In this document: piece by piece, positions 28,577-37,862 of the stretch
How the letters are laid out: the number at the start of each line of letters is the position of its first letter
How positions within the stretch are numbered: the first letter of the stretch is position 1
DNA from: an uncultured Chloroflexia bacterium
Lineage (GTDB): Bacteria; Chloroflexota; Limnocylindria; Limnocylindrales; CSP1-4
Direction: 5' to 3'
DNA: 64,000 nt
NCBI GenBank assembly: GCA_963819655.1
Contig: CAWFXA010000002.1
Span: forward strand, 704,001-768,000
Notes under the pieces: model-generated
Databases searched by the model: none
What the model saw: the letters and a program-made list of their open reading frames with translations, nothing else
What the model was told of the DNA's origin: nothing
Position numbers and translations under genes: made by a program

Positions 28577-28938
28577 ACCAGGGCCCGCAAGCGTCGGGGG
28601 TGAGCTAGGCCCTGGGAGCCACCCGACGTTCCGGATCACTGGCGAACACGCCCGACCCGCCGTTCCTGGTCCGATCTCGGCAGCTCCTCCGTGACCGTCC
28701 TGGGATCTGGTCACTTGCGCCGGGTGTTGCCCTCCCGAGGTGATTAACCCACCGACACTATGAGCGGGAATTGGATTGGTGATCACCAGCCGACGACGAC
28801 TTTCGTACAACCTGGTACGCCTCAGGAGCTCTATCCTCACTGCCAGGTTTGCAGCAACAACCAGGGCCTTGAGGCAATCAATCTATTGAGGCGGGGGGAG
28901 AACCCGTACCCGTAACGCTGAGGGAACCGCGGCCAAGA

Positions 28939-29343
28939 ATGGAAGAGGCGAGCATGGAGACCGGCTTTCCCTGGGGAATCCTGCTGGTCTCAGACTCCAC
29001 ATCGAAGGAGCAGATACCTCCCTGGGAGTCCGAGGATCACCAGGTAGCGGTAAGCGGGTCGGCTCTGGTACTTCGCGTTCGTCATGAGCAAGAAGGCCCC
29101 GTTCAAGTTCACCTGTGGGCCAACACCTCACCGGAAGCTGGAAGCCCAGTCTTTGTCGGTTCGTTGGATGTGCCGAGCGGGGTATTGACTGTTGGGGACG
29201 CGCTTGGGCGGAGGCAGGTGTCTGCGCGCGTTGACCCTGGCCCGACGAGAATACAAATCCGCGCCGATCGTCCTCGCGAGCCTACGCGAGTAGACGTAAT
29301 TGTTCCTGATCGCGCAGAACCGGGTCATGGAGGAGGCAGCTGA
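28939..29343 (+). CDS. Hypothetical, immunity-protein-like beta-rich protein
   Basis: VRHEQEGPVQVHLW..VFVGSLDVPSGVLTVGD; start may be 28954. Confidence 0.55.
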   Translation: MEEASMETGFPWGILLVSDSTSKEQIPPWESEDHQVAVSGSALVLRVRHEQEGPVQVHLWANTSPEAGSPVFVGSLDVPSGVLTVGDALGRRQVSARVDPGPTRIQIRADRPREPTRVDVIVPDRAEPGHGGGS

Positions 29344-29425
29344 AGACGATCCCGGCATCGTGTTGCTTTTGGCCGCGACCTGAGTGACTGATGGCGGCGT
29401 CCAATCCGCTTACGGAGACGCCGCC

Positions 29426-30358
29426 ATGACTCCCCACTACCTCCCGGCCACCGCTTCGGACGACGTCCCTGGCTGGCAGCGAACGGTTCTCGCATTCCTG
29501 AGCGAAAAGGAACGCCGATCGGGCTCCCGGCGGACGATCGAGAGCTACGCTCGGATGCTCTGGCCGTTCCTCACGAGGGTGGGTGCGCCAAATCTGGTGA
29601 CGGCCGCCCACGTCCTGGCCTGGGCATATGGAGTGGGGGCGTCGGGGCGCGAACCGTCTTCCGCGACCGTCGGGGCACGAATCGCCTGCCTATCCTCCTA
29701 TTACCGGTTCCTGATCCGGATGAACGTGACGACCTCGAACCCGTGCGACGCGCTCGAGCGCCCGCGCACGACGCAGGCCGTGGCGCGGGGGCTGAGCGCG
29801 GAAGAGGTCCGTCGCCTGCTGGCGGTCGTGCCCGATACCGTGGCCGGCCGACGCGACCGGGCGCTACTGCTGTTCTTCGTCCTCACCGGTCGGCGCCGAT
29901 CGGAGGTCATCGGCCTGACCGCCGGCGACATCAGCGTCGAGGGGGACACCGCCTTCTACTCATACCGCGGCAAGGGGGGCAAGCGCGGCCGCCGTGAGCT
30001 TCCGCGGCCGGCATTCGAGGCGCTTTGTGTGACGTTATCGGACGCGAGTCTCTCCTTGGCCGAAATGGAGCCGGCGGCGTCGCTCTGGCAGGCGGCAGCG
30101 GGAGAGCGCGGCATCACCAGCTCCACCTTCTACAACCGGTTTCGACGCTACCTCCGGGCAGCGGACCTCGCTCCTACCGGGTTGCACATCCTCCGCCACA
30201 GCGCCGCGAAGCTGCGGCGTGATGCCGGGGCGTCGATCGAGTCAGTGAGCAGCTTTCTGGACCACAGCTCGCTCGCCGTCACAAGCGTCTACCTGCGGAG
30301 GCTCGAGGGCGAGGCGGATCGAACATGGCCGGACGTGGCGGTCGCGATCGGCGTCTGA
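29426..30358 (+). CDS. Tyrosine recombinase (XerC/D-like), candidate cassette recombinase
   Basis: Catalytic set: TGRRRSE (R), RGKGGK (K), HILRH (H-x-x-R), LDHSS (H), TSVY (Y); N-terminal SAM-like domain; no IntI insertion. Confidence 0.92.
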   Translation: MTPHYLPATASDDVPGWQRTVLAFLSEKERRSGSRRTIESYARMLWPFLTRVGAPNLVTAAHVLAWAYGVGASGREPSSATVGARIACLSSYYRFLIRMNVTTSNPCDALERPRTTQAVARGLSAEEVRRLLAVVPDTVAGRRDRALLLFFVLTGRRRSEVIGLTAGDISVEGDTAFYSYRGKGGKRGRRELPRPAFEALCVTLSDASLSLAEMEPAASLWQAAAGERGITSSTFYNRFRRYLRAADLAPTGLHILRHSAAKLRRDAGASIESVSSFLDHSSLAVTSVYLRRLEGEADRTWPDVAVAIGV

Positions 30359-30391
30359 CAGAGCCTCGGCGAGAACGCCGCTAGGGCTATG

Positions 30392-31993
30392 TCAAGACGG
30401 CCGTCTAGGGCTGACGATGTCGTCGCCGAAGATGCGCCACGCCTCCGCCATGAGGTCGATCTCCCCGGGATCCCTTCCGGTACGGCCATGGGGATCGCTG
30501 TCCCAGCTGTCCCCACCGTCCGGGCCGTCCGCGGGGTGGGACGGCGGGGACAGCGATTCCCGGATACGCACCAAGGAGATGATCCGGTCTGATCCATGGT
30601 GCGCTGGGAATCGAACGTCGATCTGTTCGACCTTGCGTAAGTCGGGTGCGAGCCGCCGCAACGCCGTGCCGAGCCCAGCCGCGTTCATCGGCCAATCCCG
30701 ACGCTTGCGGACGGACTCGTCGGCGTGCGGGTAGAGCGCCCGAAGCAACTGGGTGGCCGTACCGGACCAGCTATCACGGTCGCGCAGCAGCTCCACGATC
30801 GGCGCCGCCAGGGGACTCGCCTCGAGCGTCAGGGCATGGCTCTGCCTGCGATTGGTGCGATACGCGGCGACGAATGAGCCGGTCGGCCAACGGAGGGCGC
30901 CCTCGGCCGCGGTTACCCATCGTGTCGCATCGGCCATGCGCGGCAGGCGTCCGATCGCGACCTCCTCATGACGCGCGAACGACACGGAGACGGCGTCGAG
31001 CAACGCGCCCAGGATGGTAGGTCTGTCGGCCTCGAACGCGGGCCAGAACTCCTCCTCGGGACGACGGAGACGATCGGGGATGGTCGCGAGGTCGACGACG
31101 ATCGCCCGATCCATCAGGTCCGCCCGGGTGACGATGCCGCCGATCCCGTTCAGGATGACCGGTCGGGCGACATGGACCAGAAACTCCTCGTCGTCCGAAT
31201 ACAGCTGCCGCGTCGAGAAGCCCGCCCCGGTCGCCAGACGCGCGATCGCGTCGGACTGCCACGCGGCGAGGCTGGACACGTTGTCGAACGACGCGATCCA
31301 GCTGTTGCTGGCGGCGATCGCCAAGGAATGCTCGTCGCGGGGCTGACTCCGATCGCCGACCGCGTTGGGGTCGATGAGAAGTCGGAGCAGGCGTGCCGTC
31401 GTGCTCTTGGCGCTGTCCTGCTCGCCGCCGAGGAGGAGCACGATGTATGGGCCGCGCGGTCGGAACGCAGCCAACAGCCACCCGGCGAGGAGGCGGTACT
31501 GGTCGTCGTCCACGACATTGACGAAGGTCCGCAGCTCCTCGAGCGAGCCGCCCGCGCGGGGAGTCGGAAGGGCCTCGAGCCCGCGCGGCCGGCGGAAGGG
31601 GATCGGCGACCGGTCGAGGATGCGCCAGCCGGCGGTATCGATCTCGACGACCCGCCAGCGGTCATCACCGAGATCGAGGTACATCGCTCCGTGGTGCTCG
31701 GCGATCCTCAGGCCGACGCGACGATCGGGTCCATCGAAGTGGCCGATCGCGGCGAGGACGTCGGTCGCCTCGGTGAGCGCCTGGCCTCCCGCCGGTCGGC
31801 CAGTCGCTCGCCAGTGACAGCCCGACAGCCAGGTCCGGAACGCTCTCGATCGAACGCGAAGGACCTCGTGATGGGGCACCGGCTGCGTCGTCAGGACATC
31901 GGCGTACGCGGTGTCGCCATGGTGGAACAGTTCGCTCGCCTCCTGGGCGGCTAGCACGAGTTGAGCGGCCTGGGTCGCCATGCGCTCTGGCAT
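30392..31993 (-). CDS. Replication-associated P-loop ATPase/helicase of mobile elements
   Basis: GEQDSAKST Walker A, FDNVS Walker B, RQLYSD, DLMDRAI, PRMAD motifs. Confidence 0.8.
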   Translation of the reverse strand: MPERMATQAAQLVLAAQEASELFHHGDTAYADVLTTQPVPHHEVLRVRSRAFRTWLSGCHWRATGRPAGGQALTEATDVLAAIGHFDGPDRRVGLRIAEHHGAMYLDLGDDRWRVVEIDTAGWRILDRSPIPFRRPRGLEALPTPRAGGSLEELRTFVNVVDDDQYRLLAGWLLAAFRPRGPYIVLLLGGEQDSAKSTTARLLRLLIDPNAVGDRSQPRDEHSLAIAASNSWIASFDNVSSLAAWQSDAIARLATGAGFSTRQLYSDDEEFLVHVARPVILNGIGGIVTRADLMDRAIVVDLATIPDRLRRPEEEFWPAFEADRPTILGALLDAVSVSFARHEEVAIGRLPRMADATRWVTAAEGALRWPTGSFVAAYRTNRRQSHALTLEASPLAAPIVELLRDRDSWSGTATQLLRALYPHADESVRKRRDWPMNAAGLGTALRRLAPDLRKVEQIDVRFPAHHGSDRIISLVRIRESLSPPSHPADGPDGGDSWDSDPHGRTGRDPGEIDLMAEAWRIFGDDIVSPRRPS

Positions 31994-32005
31994 CGGTCGA
32001 GCGGA

Positions 32006-32218
32006 TCAGCGTCGAGCCGGGATGCCAGCCGCCTCGGCCTGCGCCCGCTCTTCGATCCAGGCCTCGAGTCGGCGACGGGGGATGCGCACCGCCTTGCCGA
32101 TGTGGACGGTCGGGAGTCGACCATCCCTGGCCATCTCGTAAGCCAACGACCGCGCGATCCCAAGCGTACGTGCCACCTCGGGGACGCGCAGGAGCAGCGG
32201 GGAATCGTTGTCGGCCAT
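32006..32218 (-). CDS. Excisionase-like HTH_17 DNA-binding protein
   Basis: LLRVPEVARTLGIARSLAYEMARDGRLPTVHIGKAVRIP; AAGGAG RBS. Confidence 0.88.
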   Translation of the reverse strand: MADNDSPLLLRVPEVARTLGIARSLAYEMARDGRLPTVHIGKAVRIPRRRLEAWIEERAQAEAAGIPARR

Positions 32219-32308
32219 CGGTGTCTCCTTGTGGATGCGGGACTTGCGTGTCGCAAACAGTGGCTCTAAAGTGACCACCGTGGACCAGTGTTTCGAGCTG
32301 AATAACCC

Positions 32309-33436
32309 GTGACTGCCTCTCCGCCCCTACCGGCCGTACCGCACTCCTGGTGGACGGTCGCGGAGACCGTCCTGGAGATCGAGCCCGGCGGGCCTGCCCT
32401 CTATTACCGTCGTGGCCTGCGCGCCCCCATCCGGGATGAGCACGGACGCTGGCGCCGCGACGCCGCCGGCCGAACGGCGCTCGAGGCTTTCGGCGCTCTG
32501 CCGATCGCGGACATGTATCGACGGCTCGGGAAGGCCGGTGAAACCGCCGTGCCGATGGGCACCGACGACCGACCGTGGCTGGGCATCTGGCCGGAGCTTC
32601 GCGATTTCGTGTTGACCTTCGGCCCACTGGGTTTCGAGTGGGCAAGGGCGTTCTACGTCGAGAACCCGGAGGCGGACCGGGCGCTGGGTCGCCGAGCCGG
32701 CAGACGCTGGCGGGTCGCCTTTCCCTCGCCTGGCTTCACCCGCGCGACGGTCCGACGAGCCGACCTCCCGCGAAAGGGATCGTGGGCGGATCGAGTGCTT
32801 GTCGGCGACACTACGCTGCCGCGCGACTTCCTCGGGCTTGGTGACGCGGGTCCGTTATGGAACCACCAGGACGACCTTCGGCGCGCCCTCGAGCTCGTGA
32901 AGGTGCTCGCGGAGGACGACCCGAGCCCGCATCGAATCCTGGCGGCGGCCGGTGGCCTGCCGAGGGTCGGCGGTTACGACATCGCGGATCACGAGCTACG
33001 CGACCCGGTCGATCGCCGCTGGCTCGATGCGATCCGACTCCCGCGCGCAACCGGCGCAGGTGAATGGTCGCCATTCGAGGCACACGTGACGCACGTCGAT
33101 TGGCCAGCCGCGGGACGCTTGATGCTCGCGGAGTACCTCTCAGAGCAGCTGGCGTGGACGAGGGTCGATGTCGGGCTCGACGAGCGGGGTCGCTTCCGGT
33201 CCCGATGGACGCCGCGGTCGCTGCTCGAGATCATCTATCTGCAGCTGCTCGAGCATGTCGAGCAGCGACTCCAGTTCGGCGTCGGCGAATGCCCCCTCTG
33301 CGGGGGTCCGATCCTGCGCACGCGAGCCAGTGAACGCACGCGCAACCGGGCGCACCACGGCTGCGCCAACGTGCTCCGCAAGCGTCGCCAGCGCGATCGC
33401 CAGCGGTGTGCGAGCGCCTCAGAGGCGCCGGCATGA
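32309..33436 (+). CDS. Hypothetical protein with C-terminal Zn-finger (CGNR-like), probable element regulator
   Basis: CPLCG..HHGCANVLRKRRQR; ATGA overlap with the integrase. Confidence 0.65.
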   Translation: MTASPPLPAVPHSWWTVAETVLEIEPGGPALYYRRGLRAPIRDEHGRWRRDAAGRTALEAFGALPIADMYRRLGKAGETAVPMGTDDRPWLGIWPELRDFVLTFGPLGFEWARAFYVENPEADRALGRRAGRRWRVAFPSPGFTRATVRRADLPRKGSWADRVLVGDTTLPRDFLGLGDAGPLWNHQDDLRRALELVKVLAEDDPSPHRILAAAGGLPRVGGYDIADHELRDPVDRRWLDAIRLPRATGAGEWSPFEAHVTHVDWPAAGRLMLAEYLSEQLAWTRVDVGLDERGRFRSRWTPRSLLEIIYLQLLEHVEQRLQFGVGECPLCGGPILRTRASERTRNRAHHGCANVLRKRRQRDRQRCASASEAPA

Positions 33437-34593
33437 CTCGGCGTGGCGCCAACGAGGGGACGATCCGCCAGCGCAAGGATGGTCGCTGGGAGGCTCGCGT
33501 GCCGCTGACCGGACCGGACGGGAGGCGAACGCGTCGGTCGCTCCTCGGGCGCAGCCGGGCCGATGTCCGCGACCGGCTGCAGCAGGCCCTCCGAACCGAA
33601 GCGGGGGGCATGCCATTGCCGTCCGGGCGGCTGACCGTCGGCGCCTTCCTCGACCTGTGGCTGCGAGAGACGGTCCGCCCGACCGTCCGTCCCTCCACGT
33701 ATCGGAGCTATGAGGGGATTGTCCGGGTCCACCTCAAGCCCGGTCTCGGCGGTTACGTGCTCGCGCAGCTCACGCCGCAGCACGTCCAACGGCTGCTCAA
33801 CGCCAAGGCGGCGACGAGCCTCTCGCCGCAGACGGTCGCGTACATCCGATCCGTGCTGCGGCATGCCCTTCGCCAGGCCGAGCGGTGGGGGATGGTCACA
33901 CGGAACGTCGCCAGCCTGGCGGCGCCACCACGGGTCCCGCGCCGCGAGATCCGCCCCCTCTCGCCCGAGGAGGCCCGCATCTTCGTCGAGGCCATCCGCG
34001 CAGACCGTCTCGAGGCGCTCTACCTGCTGGCCATCGGGACCGGTCTCCGCCAGGGCGAGATTCTGGGTCTGGGCTGGCAGGACGTCGACCTCTCGGCTGC
34101 GACCGTCACCGTGCGCCACGCGCTCCAACGCGTAGGCGGCCACCTCGAGCTCGTCCCACCGAAGTCATTGGCGAGCAGGCGTGTCGTTGCCCTGCCCGCG
34201 TTCGTCGTCGGCGCGTTGCATGCCCAGCGTTTGCGACAACGGCGCGATCGGCTCCTCGCCGGATCCCGTTGGCGCGCGGATGATCGCGGGCTCGTGTTCA
34301 CCACGACCGTCGGCACGCCCATGGATGGGATCGCCGTGACGCGACGCTTCCAGGCGGTCCTTCGAGAGGCCGGTCTGCCACACCAGCGGTTCCACGATCT
34401 CCGGCATGCCTGCGCCTCGCTCCTGCTCGCCCAAGGCGTCGCGCCGCGGGTGGTGATGGAGACGCTCGGTCACAGCCAGATCAGCCTGACCATGAACACA
34501 TACAGCCATGTCATCCCTGCCCTCGGGCGGGCTGCGGCGGACGAGATGGACGCCCTACTTGGGGCCGGATCGGGCAGGGGTGTCAGCGGCTGA
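33433..34593 (+). CDS. int: Phage-type tyrosine integrase
   Basis: N-terminal EGTIRQRKDGRWEAR arm-binding domain, TGLRQGE, FHDLRH, LGHS, TMNTYSH; adjacent to the att/tRNA. Confidence 0.95.
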   Translation: MTRRGANEGTIRQRKDGRWEARVPLTGPDGRRTRRSLLGRSRADVRDRLQQALRTEAGGMPLPSGRLTVGAFLDLWLRETVRPTVRPSTYRSYEGIVRVHLKPGLGGYVLAQLTPQHVQRLLNAKAATSLSPQTVAYIRSVLRHALRQAERWGMVTRNVASLAAPPRVPRREIRPLSPEEARIFVEAIRADRLEALYLLAIGTGLRQGEILGLGWQDVDLSAATVTVRHALQRVGGHLELVPPKSLASRRVVALPAFVVGALHAQRLRQRRDRLLAGSRWRADDRGLVFTTTVGTPMDGIAVTRRFQAVLREAGLPHQRFHDLRHACASLLLAQGVAPRVVMETLGHSQISLTMNTYSHVIPALGRAAADEMDALLGAGSGRGVSG

Positions 34594-34600
34594 TCGCCGC

Positions 34601-34622
34601 AGGGGTCAGCGCAGGGGTCAGA
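34601..34622 (+). repeat. Candidate integrase arm-type sites (right)
   Basis: AGGGGTCAGC 34601 and AGGGGTCAGA 34613. Confidence 0.7.
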
Positions 34623-34678
34623 CGCAGGTTCTCTGGGGCAAGCCCCGACCAGGGTGGACGAACCCACGCGTGAAAGGG

Positions 34679-34753
34679 TGGAGCCGACACTCGGATTTGA
34701 ACCGAGGACCTGCTGTTTACGAAACAGCTGCTCTACCGCTGAGCTATGTCGGC
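34679..34753 (-). tRNA. tRNA-Thr(CGT)
   Basis: GCCGACATAGCTCAGCGGTAGAGCAGCTGTTTCGTAAACAGCAGGTCCTCGGTTCAAATCCGAGTGTCGGCTCCA folds as a cloverleaf with anticodon CGT and encoded CCA; TATACT -10 at 34770-34765. Confidence 0.97.
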
Positions 34754-34987
34754 GCCGGACCGGGAGTATAGGTGATGACTTTGGGCAGCTGCTCTACGTG
34801 GTCGGCGAACCCCTCTTGAACGGACCCTTCGGTTGGTAGCCCAGCTGTGCGTTCCCGCTTTCGGGCGGCCCTGCCTACGGCCGCGTCGTAGTTTGAGCCG
34901 TCGAAGCGTTGGGGTCGCATGGCGACGTCGAGCCAGGCGGTCTTCAGGGGCTTGCGAACCAGCACACGGTGGTGCATACTGAACCGT

Positions 34988-35353
34988 ATGGTTCAGTATG
35001 CGAGCGGCCGACTCGATGCCTCGTTTGCCACGCTCTCAGACGCCACCCGACGCGGTGTTCTGGAGCAGCTCGGGCGTGCAGACGCTTCGATCACGGACCT
35101 TGCCGACAAGTTCCATATGACCCTAACGGGCATGAAGAAGCACGTCGGCGTCTTGGAGCAGGCGGGGCTCGTCACCACGGAGAAGGTCGGGCGCGTGCGG
35201 ACCTGCAAGCTCGGCCTGCGCCGACTGGATGAAGAGGCGGCATGGATCGAGAGGTACCGCCAGCTCTGGGATGCACGGTTCGACGAGCTGGACAAGGTTA
35301 TCGAAGAACAGAAACAGAAGGAGATGGTCGATGGAAGCAAGAGCAGAGACTGA
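34988..35353 (+). CDS. ArsR-family transcriptional regulator
   Basis: FATLSDATRRGVL..KHVGVLEQAGLV..GRVRTC. Confidence 0.9.
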   Translation: MVQYASGRLDASFATLSDATRRGVLEQLGRADASITDLADKFHMTLTGMKKHVGVLEQAGLVTTEKVGRVRTCKLGLRRLDEEAAWIERYRQLWDARFDELDKVIEEQKQKEMVDGSKSRD

Positions 35354-35855
35354 GCCCGCCCCCATGAAGAACCGCACGACAACGGAACGGAAGTCCGAGC
35401 GTGAGCTGGTCGTCACGCGAACCTTCAACGCTCCCGCGCGCATCGTGTTCGAGGCGTGGGCCAAGCCCGAGCTGTTCAAGCGGTGGTGGGTACCGAAATC
35501 GATGGGCATGTCCCTGCTCACCTGCGAGATGGATGTCCGTGTCGGGGGCAAGTACCGTTTCGTGTTCGGCGTCGGTGGCTCCAAGGTGATGGAGGTCTTC
35601 GGCAAGTACATCGAAGTGACCCCCCACTCGCGCCTCGTGTGGACCAATGAGGAAGGTGATGAGGGGGGACCCATCACCACGCTGACCTTCGAGGAAATGG
35701 GCGGCCAGACGCTGCTGGTCAAGCACGACCTCTATCCCTCGAAGGAAGCTCTCGACGGTGAGCTCGCCTCCGGGGCGGCGGATGGGATGCCCGAGCAGCT
35801 CGAACAACTGGACGAGCTTCTCCTCGCCCTGGGCGCGAGCGTGGGACAGTCATGA
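35331..35855 (+). CDS. SRPBCC (AHSA1-like) domain protein
   Basis: ERELVVTRTFNAPARIVFEAW..MDVRVGGKYR. Confidence 0.88.
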   Translation: MEARAETEPAPMKNRTTTERKSERELVVTRTFNAPARIVFEAWAKPELFKRWWVPKSMGMSLLTCEMDVRVGGKYRFVFGVGGSKVMEVFGKYIEVTPHSRLVWTNEEGDEGGPITTLTFEEMGGQTLLVKHDLYPSKEALDGELASGAADGMPEQLEQLDELLLALGASVGQS

Positions 35856-35995
35856 AGTCGTCGAGGATGCGTGCCAAGACCGACAAGGCCAAGACCGCCA
35901 CGAAACTGCTGATCTCCCTGACGGGCAAGGCAAGCCCCGCGAAGGCCGCGGAAGGCGACGAGCCCGTGTTCGCTTACATCGCCAGCTTTCCGTGA
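35852..35995 (+). pseudogene. Truncated DUF1801-like N-terminal remnant
   Basis: MKSSRMRAK..AKAAEGDEPVFAYIASFP* stops where the domain would begin. Confidence 0.45.
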
Positions 35996-36025
35996 ACGGA
36001 TCTCGACCGACCTTGTGTCATGGCC

Positions 36026-36454
36026 TCATGAGTCATCGGGCGTCGGCAACTTCCCGTACTTGTTCCTGTAGACCTTGCCCTTCTTGGGATGTGTGAACTT
36101 GATAGCCGACCAGATGTCATCGACCCGCAGGGCGGTGCTCTCCACGAGCCCGTACCTGTAGCCGATCTCGATGACCTTCGGCAGGGATAGGTCGGTGCCC
36201 TGCTTCTTGCCCTTGGGCCACGACAGCCAGAGCACTCCGGTCGACTTGAGATGACGCTTGAGCTTCGGGAAGCGCTCGGTCATCTCAGCCTGCGTCACGC
36301 AGAAGGAGTGAACATAGTCGAACTCGCCACGAAGGTCATCGCTGACCTCAAGGTCCGGCAGGTCGATCGCCCGTAGAACCGAGCGTGGAGCATTGTCGAA
36401 GAAGGCCCGGGATCCCTCTCTGATCCCCATTTTCGTGGCGACGGACCGAGTCAT
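36026..36454 (-). CDS. DUF3052-like hypothetical protein
   Basis: VATKMGIREG..LWLSWPK..WSAIKF; GGAGG RBS. Confidence 0.8.
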   Translation of the reverse strand: MTRSVATKMGIREGSRAFFDNAPRSVLRAIDLPDLEVSDDLRGEFDYVHSFCVTQAEMTERFPKLKRHLKSTGVLWLSWPKGKKQGTDLSLPKVIEIGYRYGLVESTALRVDDIWSAIKFTHPKKGKVYRNKYGKLPTPDDS

Positions 36455-36524
36455 CTGTTGTCCTCCTTCCAAGCGGCGAGCGGGTCGCAAGCCCCGCGCG
36501 TCCACCATCCGTGGAGCGCCGATC

Positions 36525-37778
36525 TCAGCGCACCATCCGGAAGAACTCGCGAACGTCGCCGATCAGGAGGTCCGGCGCCTCCATAGCGAGGAAGTGGCCT
36601 CCCCTGGTGAGCTCGGTCCAATGCACGACGTTGTGGTCGCGCTCCGCCCAGCGGCGGATGGTCACGTCGTGGGTGGAGACCAGCACACCGGTCGGCACCA
36701 TCCCGCCCTGCTCTGCTGCCCGGTCGTCTCCCTCACCCGGGCCCGGGCTGCCTCCGGTGCCGTCACCCCAGCCGGCGGTCCCGTCGCCAGCGTCAGCGCT
36801 CCAGGCGCTCGTCGAGATCTCCTCGTAGTAGACCTGCGCCGCCGATCCCGCCGTGCCGGTCAGCCAGTACAGCGTAACGTCCGTCAGGATGCGGTCGCGA
36901 TCGATGCTGTCCTCGGGTAGGCCATCCTCGGGATCCGTGAGCTCCTTGAACTTCTCGACGATCCAGGCAAGCTGGCCGACAGGTGAGTCGTGCAGCCCAT
37001 ACGTCACGGTCTGTGGCCGCTTGGAGTTGCATTGCAGATAGCCGTCGTTGAAGTCCTGCATCGCCTGCCAGCGTCGTCGCTCGACTTCGGTGAGACCGTC
37101 CATCTCGCCTTCCACGCCGATCGGGAACGTGAGCAAGGCGTTGAGATGGATGCCGAGGACACGATCCGGGTCCTGCTTGCCCATCTCCGGTGCGACCCAC
37201 GAGCCCGTGTCATAGCCCTGCACGCCGTAGCGCTCGTACCCGAGCTGGGACATCAGCTGAACGAGCAGACCGGCCATCCGTGCAGGACCCATGCCTGGCC
37301 CGGCCAAGGGGGTCGAGAACCCGAACCCGGGCAACGATGGGATGATCAGGTGGAACGCATCGGCCGGGTCGCCGCCGTGGGCGCCAGGATCCGACAGTGG
37401 CTCGATGACATCGAGGAAGTCCACGAGCCCACCCGGCCAGCCATGCAGCAACATCAGCGGTGTGGCATCGGGCTGCGGCGAGCGCACGTGCAGGAAGTGG
37501 ATGTTCTGGTCAGCGATGGCGGTGACGTACTGCGGGAACTCGTTGAGCGCCGCCTCCTGCATCCGCCAGTCAAAGCCGGTGCGCCAGTACTCGGCCAGAT
37601 CCTGCAGGTAGGCAAGCGGCACGCCCCGACTCCAGCCGACGCCGGGCAGCTCGTCGGGCCAGCGGGTTCGAGCCAGGCGATCACGCAGATCGACGAGGTC
37701 GGCCTCCGGGATGTCGATCCGGAATGGCCGGATCTGGGTCGTAGGCGCTGACTGAGGAATGGTGCTGGTGACAGCCAC
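36525..37778 (-). CDS. Epoxide hydrolase family protein
   Basis: [30 protein letters not shown]. Confidence 0.92.
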   Translation of the reverse strand: MAVTSTIPQSAPTTQIRPFRIDIPEADLVDLRDRLARTRWPDELPGVGWSRGVPLAYLQDLAEYWRTGFDWRMQEAALNEFPQYVTAIADQNIHFLHVRSPQPDATPLMLLHGWPGGLVDFLDVIEPLSDPGAHGGDPADAFHLIIPSLPGFGFSTPLAGPGMGPARMAGLLVQLMSQLGYERYGVQGYDTGSWVAPEMGKQDPDRVLGIHLNALLTFPIGVEGEMDGLTEVERRRWQAMQDFNDGYLQCNSKRPQTVTYGLHDSPVGQLAWIVEKFKELTDPEDGLPEDSIDRDRILTDVTLYWLTGTAGSAAQVYYEEISTSAWSADAGDGTAGWGDGTGGSPGPGEGDDRAAEQGGMVPTGVLVSTHDVTIRRWAERDHNVVHWTELTRGGHFLAMEAPDLLIGDVREFFRMVR

Positions 37779-37862
37779 GACGTGCTCCTTTTGGTGCGAT
37801 TGCCACACTATCTGCCACAAAGGTGGACATCCACTGACCAGCTTTCGTGCGAGACTGGCCAC

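Larger units (their letters stand above)
17869..34723. mobile_element. Integrative element (phage-satellite/IME-like) inserted in tRNA-Thr(CGT)
   Basis: Exact 46-bp direct repeat of the tRNA 3' half at both ends; integrase next to the tRNA; excisionase, ATPase, methylase and second recombinase inside. Confidence 0.92.

Noticed and set aside
21352-30358. Classical integron (intI + attC)
   Set aside because: No RYYYAAC...GTTRRRY attC hairpins at gene boundaries, and the 310-aa recombinase lacks the IntI-specific insertion
34786-34797. 12-bp copy (CAGCTGCTCTAC) of tRNA sequence upstream of the tRNA
   Set aside because: Too short and isolated to support a second att site or RNA gene
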